From the NCBI GenBank assembly GCA_034522695.1, contig JAXHLB010000038.1, forward strand, positions 104,382 to 168,381: DNA of 64,000 nt, read 5' to 3'. Position 1 is the first letter of the stretch. Each line of letters starts with the position of its first letter. The notes beneath the pieces were generated by a model that saw only the letters and a program-made list of their open reading frames with translations, did no database searches and had not been told where the DNA came from. The position numbers and the translations under genes were made by a program. The stretch is from Ignavibacteriaceae bacterium. GTDB taxonomy: Bacteria; Bacteroidota; Ignavibacteria; Ignavibacteriales; Ignavibacteriaceae. Below, in pieces: positions 9,466 through 17,755 of this stretch.

Positions 9466-10056
9466 TTAGTTTAAAAAGCCTTTTTCTTTTGCGTAGTCCG
9501 TTAAAGTTTCCTGAAGCATATGCCGTGCACGATGCAATCTTGATCTTACTGTTCCAACCGGGCAGCCAACAAGCTCTGCAGTTTCTTCATAACTGTTTCC
9601 ATCCAGATCGCAAAGAAGAAATACTTCTCTCATCTTTGTGGGCAGCTGATCAATTGCTTCGGTCAGCTCGTCGTCCAAAAGATCATTATAAAATTCCTTG
9701 TCAAGATTATTTTCCTGAGCGCGGTCTGATTTTACATTTTCATAAAAGTTTTGTATCTGCTCATAGTCAAGTTTATAGGGTTCGCGTTTTGATTTTCTAT
9801 AGTCATTGATGAAAGAATTTTTTAAGATCATAAACATCCAGGCTTTGCTATTTGTACCTGTTTGAAATTTATCGAAGTGTCTGTATGCTTTGTAATAAGT
9901 TTCCTGAACCAGGTCCTGAGCATCGTCTGAGTTGCCCGAAATTTTTAATGCATAATTATAAAGTGCATCTTCGTGAGGTAATGCCTCTTTAATAAACTCA
10001 TCTTCCCTGATATTGTTAACTATTATGCTGTCTTCATTATTTTTTAAGTTGTTCAT
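9466..10056 (-). CDS. ECF-type RNA polymerase sigma factor (sigma-70 family, regions 2 and 4)
   Basis: Region 2 DLVQETYYKAYRHFDKF. Region 4 HTH ETAELVGCPVGTVRSRLHRARHML. Only 30 bp separate it from the downstream DUF4397 gene. Confidence 0.85.
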   Translation of the reverse strand: MNNLKNNEDSIIVNNIREDEFIKEALPHEDALYNYALKISGNSDDAQDLVQETYYKAYRHFDKFQTGTNSKAWMFMILKNSFINDYRKSKREPYKLDYEQIQNFYENVKSDRAQENNLDKEFYNDLLDDELTEAIDQLPTKMREVFLLCDLDGNSYEETAELVGCPVGTVRSRLHRARHMLQETLTDYAKEKGFLN

Positions 10057-10085
10057 TTTTGCCTCAATTTTTGTTTGTTTATAAA

Positions 10086-10137
10086 TTGTCTAATGTTTCT
10101 AGACAAACATAATATATTGTCGAGTGTTTGTCAAGTA
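10086..10137 (-). promoter_or_regulatory. Putative sigma-factor promoter overlapped by operator-like repeats
   Basis: The minus strand reads TTGACA-N17-TATGTT, which can also be read as TTG-N20-TATGTTTG. The palindrome TTGTCTA-N7-TAGACAA (10086-10106) overlaps the -10/-7 box. GACAA repeats lie 11 bp apart on the minus strand. Confidence 0.35.
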
Positions 10138-10281
10138 TTATTTTAGATAATTTTATAAATACTTTGTTTTGGAACTATAAATATTAAAAATTCGTTAAAT
10201 TCATTCATATTGAGGTTTTTTAAAAACAAAGAAATAAATCATTTAATTTGGACAAATACTAGACATTTAATAAGTTTGAAT

Positions 10282-11229
10282 ATGGCAAATAATTACAAAT
10301 ATCCAATAAAAGTCGTCAGTCAGATGACTGGACTTAGTGTACATGTTATTAGGGCGTGGGAAAAAAGGTATGGTGTTGTTGAACCCGACAGAACAGATAC
10401 TAACCGACGACTTTATTCTGAAGAGGATATAGAGAAGCTAAAATTACTTAATGATGCTTTACATCTTGGTCATCATATTGGTGGTATAGCAAATCTATCC
10501 TTGCCTGAATTGAAGAAGCTAATACCGAAAGAAAATCATAATCCATCATATATCAAGAATGGTTTGGCCCCTGTAAACTCAGTAAACCTTGTTGAAGAAA
10601 TACTTTCTGATAGCATGCAAGCAATAAAAAATTATGATTCAAAAAAGCTTGAATCTATTTTGTTGAATGCTTCTGCAAAACTAACCCAACCAATATTAAT
10701 AGAAGAGTTAATAATTCCATTGGTATATAAAGTTGGAGATCTTTGGCACTCAGGAGATATAAGAGTGGCAAATGAACATCTTGCGAGTTCCGTTATCAGA
10801 GGTTTTCTTTTTAATTTGTTAGAATCTTATTCTTTAAATGATTCGGCTCCGGTAATGGTAACTGCAACACCACGCGGACAAGAACACGAGCTGGGTGCTT
10901 TAATTGCTGGAGTTGTTGCAGCTTCTTCGGGGTGGAAGGTAATTTATCTTGGTTCCAATCTGCCGGCGGAGGAAATTGGAGCAGTTGTTTCCCACCTTAA
11001 AGCGAGAGTTGTGGCGCTTAGTATTGTCTATCCCAATGATGACCTGCATTTGAAACAGGAATTGAAAAAGTTTAAACATTTATTACCTGAAGGCGTATCT
11101 ATTATTGTTGGTGGCCGTGCAGCGAATGGTTATTATGATGTGTTAGATGAAATAAGTGCTATCGTGGTTAAAGATTCAAGACAACTTAGATTGGAACTGG
11201 AAGCAATTCGAGAAAACAAATACAACTAA
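10282..11229 (+). CDS. MerR-family, cobalamin-binding light-sensing transcriptional regulator (CarH/LitR type)
   Basis: N-terminal MerR HTH (YPIKVVSQMTGLSVHVIRAWEKRYG). Wx9EH motif (WHSGDIRVANEH, W at 10744-10746). B12-binding ExHxxG motif (QEHELGA, His at 10885-10887). The ATG at 10282 is preferred over the upstream track start at 10210. Confidence 0.8.
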   Translation: MANNYKYPIKVVSQMTGLSVHVIRAWEKRYGVVEPDRTDTNRRLYSEEDIEKLKLLNDALHLGHHIGGIANLSLPELKKLIPKENHNPSYIKNGLAPVNSVNLVEEILSDSMQAIKNYDSKKLESILLNASAKLTQPILIEELIIPLVYKVGDLWHSGDIRVANEHLASSVIRGFLFNLLESYSLNDSAPVMVTATPRGQEHELGALIAGVVAASSGWKVIYLGSNLPAEEIGAVVSHLKARVVALSIVYPNDDLHLKQELKKFKHLLPEGVSIIVGGRAANGYYDVLDEISAIVVKDSRQLRLELEAIRENKYN

Positions 11230-11239
11230 ATTATTTTTG

Positions 11240-11623
11240 CTACATTGTAGCTTCGTCGTACTGAATTCCCTCATAATCGTAACCTGGATTTGATGCTGTT
11301 GTCTCAACTCCCCTTGTATTAAATTCAACCTGTTGGCCCGGTGCAAGATCAAAGATTGTGGCGCTGGTTTGTTGTCCCCCAATAGTATATCTTATAAAAA
11401 TATTTTCCAGCGGTCTGTTTGTGTTATTTTTTACTTTACCCTTCACTACCGCCATAAATAACGGGTCAGAAGTTTGTGAAACGCTGATTTCATTAGTGTG
11501 CTGCTTTGAAATCTGAATTTTACCTGTAACTTCTACCTTATCTACAGTTTTAGAAAAAAGCAGATAATATGCGCCGCCACCAATGACGCAGAGAAATATT
11601 ATAGCCGCTAATAATTTTACCAT
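11240..11623 (-). CDS. Small membrane-anchored hypothetical protein
   Basis: 127-aa ORF with an N-terminal TM anchor (MVKLLAAIIFLCVIGGGAYYLLF). No recognisable family. Confidence 0.5.
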   Translation of the reverse strand: MVKLLAAIIFLCVIGGGAYYLLFSKTVDKVEVTGKIQISKQHTNEISVSQTSDPLFMAVVKGKVKNNTNRPLENIFIRYTIGGQQTSATIFDLAPGQQVEFNTRGVETTASNPGYDYEGIQYDEATM

Positions 11624-11771
11624 TTTTTAGCCAAGTAAGCTTTATTTGTTTCTCTTTATTAAACAAATATTGTTCCCTTACTGGCACAGGCAATCCTCTC
11701 AATTTGTTTCGATAAACGACTTTTTTTATTTCGATAGAAATTACTGCGTTGAAAGCAAGTAATATTTTACG

Positions 11772-12878
11772 TCATCTATAAATTATTTGCCTGATTTCAT
11801 CAACACTATTAAAAGTTTTTGGGGGATTAAGATACTTTTCCAGGAATTTGTAAATCTTCAGCCTGATCGAGAGTGCGAGCTTTGTATCCTGCCTGTCGAA
11901 TGAATGACCACCAGGTAAATCCTGAAAGATTTCATATTCAAAATCTTTGTTCAAAGTTTTAAGCGTATCGATGAGCATCTTAACTTCAATTACATTTACG
12001 TCTTCATCATTAGTGTTAGTGTGAATAAGTAATGGTGTCTGAAGCTTGTATGCATTGTGAACCGGAGATCTTCTTTTATATTCTTCGGGATTTTCTTCAA
12101 CCGTTTGACCGATATGATAATCAGCAGAATAGAGTTCGAGATAATCTTTTTCCATATAACCCAATCTTGTAATCAAGTCGCTTACAGGAACTCCAGCAAA
12201 AGCAACCTTATAATTTTCCGGATATTTGAAAACATTCATCAGTGCTATAAGCCCGCCGTGACTCCATCCGACAATACCAACTCTATCCGGATCTACAAAA
12301 TCATAATTATCAAGCATAAACTTTCTGCTTGAATCAACATCTTCAACTTCCAGACCGCCGTAATCTATTTTTTCATAATGTGATTTACCATAGCCGGTGC
12401 TGCCGCGGTAATCTGCTGCCACAACTATGTATTGCTGATACATCAACTCTTTAATTATATGCGTGTGATAAGTTGTAAAATTGGCGTGCACACCTCCGTG
12501 CGGTAAAACTATCAGCGGATATTTTTTGTTGTAGTCAATATCCTTCGGAATGAAAACATACGACCAGAACTTAACTGGATTGCCAGCGCCCGGTGCTGTT
12601 GTATCAAGCTCTTTCCACTTTGGCGGACCCGTCATAAAAACCTTATCAATAAATGCAACATCACCAACTCTCTGAAACCACAAGACATCATCAATATTTT
12701 TCTCGAGCACATCAAGTCTGTGCTCTAGGTTTTCGTTGTACTTTATTAGCGAATCAAGTTTTGATATGATTATTGAATCAATTTGTGAAACTTGCCCGAC
12801 GGCAGTCAGGTTCGTAACAGCCGAAAATAATGTAGTTAGAATTATAGTAAAGATGAAAGTAAAATTATCTTTTTTCAT
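11772..12878 (-). CDS. S9-family serine peptidase / alpha-beta hydrolase (prolyl oligopeptidase-like)
   Basis: Signal peptide, GxSxG nucleophile elbow (GWSHGG), and an ADYRGSTGYG motif. Confidence 0.75.
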   Translation of the reverse strand: MKKDNFTFIFTIILTTLFSAVTNLTAVGQVSQIDSIIISKLDSLIKYNENLEHRLDVLEKNIDDVLWFQRVGDVAFIDKVFMTGPPKWKELDTTAPGAGNPVKFWSYVFIPKDIDYNKKYPLIVLPHGGVHANFTTYHTHIIKELMYQQYIVVAADYRGSTGYGKSHYEKIDYGGLEVEDVDSSRKFMLDNYDFVDPDRVGIVGWSHGGLIALMNVFKYPENYKVAFAGVPVSDLITRLGYMEKDYLELYSADYHIGQTVEENPEEYKRRSPVHNAYKLQTPLLIHTNTNDEDVNVIEVKMLIDTLKTLNKDFEYEIFQDLPGGHSFDRQDTKLALSIRLKIYKFLEKYLNPPKTFNSVDEIRQIIYR

Positions 12879-12959
12879 TTTATTACCCCGATGAAAAGTG
12901 ATTTGATATTGTTCGGATATTTAATAGTCATAAAGCCCTTTCTGTTAGATCTTGCCTTC

Positions 12960-13110
12960 CAGATGAGAGTGCAAAAGTTCCGAAAGAAAAATTCTTCTTT
13001 GTGGTTCTCTGTGTTTACTTTGTGAAACTCCGTGTAATTTCTGAAGAATAAATACTTACACAGAGAGCCACAGAGATCACACTAAGTTCCACAGAGTATT
13101 AAATAGTCTG
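12960..13110. repeat. REP-like 'CACAGAG' repeat element
   Basis: CTCTGTG...CACAGAGAGCCACAGAG...CCACAGAG units in an intergenic region. Confidence 0.4.
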
Positions 13111-13148
13111 TGAACCGTCCCGGCAGACATGGATGATTGGGAGGGGCT

Positions 13149-14822
13149 TTACTCTCCACCCATCGTAATCCACTTATCCGGATCAATTACCGGCTCAACT
13201 CCTTCGGGAATTTTAAGCGAGCCGGCACCTTCACGCATTTCTACTTTTATAATTTCATCGCCCAATTTTACTTCAACAGGAACGGAGAACGGAAGATCGT
13301 TTTCAATTTTCCATTCGAGATAAAGAAAACCGTTTTCAATTTTTGTTTTAAGAACAGGTAATGCTGCCTGCCTGAAATAAACTTCCCAGAACCAATCAAG
13401 TTCACGACCCGAAACTCTCTCTGCTATTTCAAGGAACTCATCTGTGGTTGCAAAACGGCACTGACTTCCATCTGTTACCTTTTCCATTTCAGGATCAGGA
13501 TAAGCCCATCTTCTCAAAATCATTTTGAATGTTTCATCACCAACATAATATCTGAGAGTGTGCAGAACATAAGATCCTTTTGAATACATATCGTTTGTGT
13601 AAGCTTCGTCGCTGGTCATTTCTTTTCTTGGTGCAATCGGTTGTTCGTTTTTCCAGAGCTTCCAGTTCATCATAAATGCAGAAGGACTTCTGTCCGGTAA
13701 TTTTTCTTCGATGTAAAGTGTCTGCATATAACCGCAAATTGCTTCGTGAATCCAGAAATCACTCCAGTCTTTTGCGGTTACCATATTCCCCCACCACTCG
13801 TGTCCAAGTTCGTGATGATGAAGCCAGTCAAATCCAAACTGATCATCTCTGTAACCGTAACCATTTGCAATTATTGTTTGATGTTCCATTCCAAGGTAAG
13901 GAGTTTCTGCAACACCATATTTATCTGCACGGAAAGGATACGGACCAAGAAGCTCTTCATAAAATCTTAAGTGATCTAAAAACTCGGGACAGTGTTCTCT
14001 TGCCTTCTCCATATTTTCAGGAAGAACCCATATTGTTACAGGAATTTCTTCTCCCGTTACGCTTGTGTATTTGTATTGAATTGTATCATAAGGTGCAGCG
14101 TGAATTGAAATGCCATAATTATTAATTGGAGTGGAAACAAACCAGCAGAAAGTTTTTGTTCCTTCTTTGTTGTCGAGAATATATCTCAGCTTTCCGTTTG
14201 ATGCACAGATTAAATTTCCGGGAACAGTCCAGTTGAGCAAAACAGAATCAGGTTCATCGGATGGATGATCTTTGCATGGCCACCAGGTGTCAGCTCCGCC
14301 GCCCTGGCAGGTAACTCCAATCCAGTGTTCTCCGCTCGTAGAGTCTTCCCAGTCTACGACTTTTCATCTCGACCAGATGAACCCATCATCCCACGGTGGA
14401 TTTTCTGCAACTCTTGGTTTTCCGTTGTAGTAAATTTTTACTGTTAATGAATTTCCTTTTATTATTTCTTCCGGTAGTTGGATTTTTATTTTTCCATTTT
14501 CGTGTTTGAATGAAAGTTCTTTGTACTCGGTCGGCAAATCCGAATCCGCCTCCGGCGGACAAACAATTCTGGTAATTCTATAGCGATCATCAAGATCAAG
14601 AACAAATTCTTTCATATTGGTGACAGCTTCTGCAGTTACTCCAACCCAGCCGTTTATTGTTTGTTTATCAGGATTTATGTTGAGATTGATGTTGTAAAAC
14701 TTAACATCATACGCAGACCATTCGGGAGTGAGCGGTCCGCCGGAATCCTGTGAGCCGAATTGTGGAAAAAGCTGAACGGATAAGAAGAGTATTATAATTA
14801 GCGAAACAATTATGTGTTTCAT
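13149..14822 (-). pseudogene. M1-family zinc aminopeptidase split by one frameshift near 14345-14365
   Basis: The N-terminal fragment (14364-14822) has a signal peptide. The C-terminal fragment (13149-14240) has HELGHEWWGN (HExxH). The alternative frame across the gap reads VDWEDSTSGEHWIGVTCQGGGADTWWPCKDHPSDEPD and joins the two parts. Confidence 0.8.
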
Positions 14823-15000
14823 TATTGATAAATCTTTTTGCTGTTACTGTCAAAAATATAGATTTAGGGTGATAGTTGTTCGGCATAAATTAAGATTTTA
14901 TTCCTTTGACGATCATTTTAAATGATATGAAAAACGGATTGGTTTTCCTTCATATAAGTGGTATAATTCCACCCAATTTTAAAAAATAAATGGAGTAAAG

Positions 15001-15489
15001 ATGGCTTTACAAGCAAACAAAGTTGTAACATTTAACTATACATTAAAAGATGAAAATGGCGAAATGCTGGATTCAACCGAGAAGGGCGGACCGTTTACTT
15101 TTATCACTGGTAATATGCAGGTTTTGCCCGGACTCGAAGAAGCTCTCGGCAGCATGATCATCGGAAGTAAAAAGAATATTAAGCTTGCAGCAGCAGATGC
15201 CTATGGTGAATTTGATGAAGGGGCTATACAGAAAGTCAAACGAAACATATTTCCTGAAGAAGCAGAACTGGAAATCGGGTTGACTTATTTTGCACACTCA
15301 CCTGAAGGTCAGCATCTTCAGTTTGTAATTACAGAAATGGAGAACGATGACATAACTGTAAACTTTAATCACCCGCTTGCAGGGAAAAATCTTGAGTTTG
15401 ATGTCCACCTTCTTGATGTGAGGGATGCAACTCCCGAAGAAATTTCTCATGGCCACGTTCACGGTCCCGGCGGGCATCATCATCATTAA
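15001..15489 (+). CDS. slyD: FKBP-type peptidyl-prolyl isomerase with His-rich tail
   Basis: VVTFNYTLKDENGEMLDST...FITGNMQVLPGLEEAL...HPLAGKNLEFDV with C-terminal HGHVHGPGGHHHH. Confidence 0.85.
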   Translation: MALQANKVVTFNYTLKDENGEMLDSTEKGGPFTFITGNMQVLPGLEEALGSMIIGSKKNIKLAAADAYGEFDEGAIQKVKRNIFPEEAELEIGLTYFAHSPEGQHLQFVITEMENDDITVNFNHPLAGKNLEFDVHLLDVRDATPEEISHGHVHGPGGHHHH

Positions 15490-15505
15490 ACACATCGAAT
15501 TTCTC

Positions 15506-15537
15506 GTAGCACAGATTACTAATCTGTGCTACATTTT
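15506..15537. terminator. Bidirectional hairpin terminator between slyD and the VOC gene
   Basis: GTAGCACAGATT-ACT-AATCTGTGCTAC followed by a T-run. Confidence 0.7.
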
Positions 15538-15927
15538 TCACATAGCTTCAAACAAAGTGCAGACTGCACCGGCAGGATCTTCAATCACACAAAATTTTCC
15601 GTAGCCAGCCATTTCTTTTGGTCCGGATAAAACTTTTCCGCCGCTTTCTTTACAGTGCTTTGCACTCTCATCAATATTTTTTACAGTGATGTAAATCATC
15701 CACTGTGATGGAAGATGTGCATTGCCTCCGCGTTTGTGACAGATACCAGCGTTTGTTTTTCCGCTTTCAGGTGAGTTCATATTGTAGTCGTTGTAATCTC
15801 CCATAGATACAGGTGCAGCTTTCCATCCAACTACTTTGCTGTAGAAATCTTTTACTTTTTCTGCATCGGGCACGGTTAAATCAAACCAGGTGATTGACCC
15901 AATTTCGGGTTTTTCTTTTTCACTCAT
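15538..15927 (-). CDS. VOC/glyoxalase-family protein
   Basis: 129 aa. The ITWFDLTVPDAEKVKDFY...GYGKFCVIEDPAGAV pattern is typical of the glyoxalase/bleomycin-resistance fold. Confidence 0.65.
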   Translation of the reverse strand: MSEKEKPEIGSITWFDLTVPDAEKVKDFYSKVVGWKAAPVSMGDYNDYNMNSPESGKTNAGICHKRGGNAHLPSQWMIYITVKNIDESAKHCKESGGKVLSGPKEMAGYGKFCVIEDPAGAVCTLFEAM

Positions 15928-16015
15928 AATTTACTTCGATAAAAAGATTAAAAAATTAAAAGATTCATCTCTATGCATAAAGTTAAAACAAATCTTTCAA
16001 TCTTGTAATTAAAAC

Positions 16016-16888
16016 TTACCCGTAACTCTCTCTTTTAATTTTATTCTTCGGAACACCAAGCTCTTCCAAATATGAAACAACACTTCCCATAAACGATGGC
16101 TTTAACTCTTCACCTTTTTCTTTTGCTGCTTTCCTCTGATGAACTGTGTGATCGGGTCCGCAAACAAAAACAGCTGTTGAATTAAAATCAGGAACAGTTT
16201 CAGATATTATTTCTTTTGATACTCTTCCCCTTTGTGCTTTAACGTCGAAAGAGAAATTGCCGGGCTCTCTTGTCAAAGTGTGAACGACTTTAAATCTTTC
16301 GGGGAACTCTTCTTCAAGTTTCCTCAACTGGGAATAGAAAATTATATCCTCAAAATTTTTATTGCTGTAAATAAGTGTGTGTTTGTGCTTTGAGAAATAT
16401 CTCAGATCATATTTGATAATGCTGTAAGTTGGAACAATTCCACTTCCGGCACAAATGTGCAGAACATTTTCTGAATCTCTGCGGACTTCTTCATTAAAAG
16501 TAAACGGACCGGTAAAACCAGTTATAACCATTCTTTGTCCGCGTGCTGTTCTTCTTGCAAGTATCGGAGACAAAAGCGGAGGGAAGGGTGTAACACCAGA
16601 AATGTATCTTTCCTCTTTTATAGTTATTGCGAGATATTTTTCATCGGGAGAGCTTGTTAGTGAATAAGCCCGGGGAGGTTCTTTTTTTCCTTTCAGGTCT
16701 TCAAGATAGCTCACCCATCTTTCCAGCGCGGGAAACTGGTGAGGTGAAATTGTTAAGAAATGTCCAGGTTCATAATTAAGTTTATCATTCCCGGTAAATA
16801 GGATAAGGGTTACAGTATCAGGTGCTTCCTGAATTACATCCGCAACCATCACCTCAAGTTCTTTTATTTTTTCTCGTTTTTCGGTCAT
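16016..16888 (-). CDS. Ferredoxin-NADP reductase-like FAD/NAD(P)-binding oxidoreductase
   Basis: RAYSLTS (RxYS FAD motif) and GSGIVP (NAD(P)-binding) motifs. Confidence 0.7.
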   Translation of the reverse strand: MTEKREKIKELEVMVADVIQEAPDTVTLILFTGNDKLNYEPGHFLTISPHQFPALERWVSYLEDLKGKKEPPRAYSLTSSPDEKYLAITIKEERYISGVTPFPPLLSPILARRTARGQRMVITGFTGPFTFNEEVRRDSENVLHICAGSGIVPTYSIIKYDLRYFSKHKHTLIYSNKNFEDIIFYSQLRKLEEEFPERFKVVHTLTREPGNFSFDVKAQRGRVSKEIISETVPDFNSTAVFVCGPDHTVHQRKAAKEKGEELKPSFMGSVVSYLEELGVPKNKIKRESYG

Positions 16889-17054
16889 AATGTTCCTTGT
16901 TTAATAGTGATTAGTGAATTGAAAGGCACAAAAGGGACAGCATAAGAAAAAATATAATTTTATTTAGGTCACATATTGATTTATAAATCTCAATTCTTCA
17001 TTTTACAGTTGCTAACTAAAAACTATTTCAATCAACAATTTTAAGGAGGCACTA

Positions 17055-17580
17055 ATGCAAAAACTTTTCGCAATCCTATTCGCTTTATTGTTCGCAGCTT
17101 CACTTGTGAATGCACAGGACACAGCCGAGCTTAATGAAAAAAATTCAGGCGATGAACGATAAAGCTGCAGAAATGATGGTTTCCAATGATGAAGCAGGTA
17201 TGTGGGCAAATTATTCTGACGATGTCATTTCGATGCCAAGCTATGAACCAATGATGAAAGGTATCGAAGCTTGCAAGGAATCCTACAAAAAAATGAATGA
17301 GTCAGGGATGAAAATGACTGCGTTCAAGTCAACAGTTACAGATGTAATGCAGTCAGGTAATTTAGTGGTTGATATCGGGACTTACGAAATTACGATGAGC
17401 GTACCTCAAATGGGTGATATGCCGTGGGATGATCATGGAAAGTATATGACCATCTGGGAAAAACAGGATGACGGTTCATTGAAAGTAAAAGTTGAAACCT
17501 GGAATACAGATGTTAATCCCTGGGAAGAAATGCAGAAGATGCAGGCTCCTGAAGCAGGTCACGAAGGTCATCAGCATTAA
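17055..17580 (+). pseudogene. Secreted SnoaL/DUF4440-like protein; signal peptide is out of frame because of an A7 run
   Basis: ATG at 17055 encodes MQKLFAILFALLFAASLVNAQDTAELNEK and then a stop. Removing one A from A7 (17137-17143) fuses it to ...IQAMNDKAAEMMVSNDEAGMW (track ORF 17110-17580). Confidence 0.7.
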
Positions 17581-17589
17581 TTTTTGCTT

Positions 17590-17688
17590 GTCATTGCGAG
17601 GAATCCGGCGTTTGCCGGATGACGAAGCAATCCGAGATATTAATTTGGAGATTGCTTCATCCCGATAGAAATCGGGATTCGCAATGAC
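17590..17688. repeat. Long palindromic REP-like element (GTCATTGCGAG...CTCGCAATGAC family)
   Basis: The outer arms GTCATTGCGAGGAATC / GATTCGCAATGAC enclose inner hairpins (CCGGCgtttGCCGG, TCCCGATagaaATCGGGA). Confidence 0.7.
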
Positions 17689-17704
17689 ACGAGTGAAATT
17701 AAAA

Positions 17705-17733
17705 AGGCGAACCAAATCAGTTCGCCTTTTTGT
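17705..17733. terminator. Bidirectional terminator hairpin
   Basis: AAAAA-GGCGAAC-caaatca-GTTCGCC-TTTTT, between convergent genes. Confidence 0.7.
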
Positions 17734-17755
17734 TTAGAAAGATTTTTGCGTGGAG

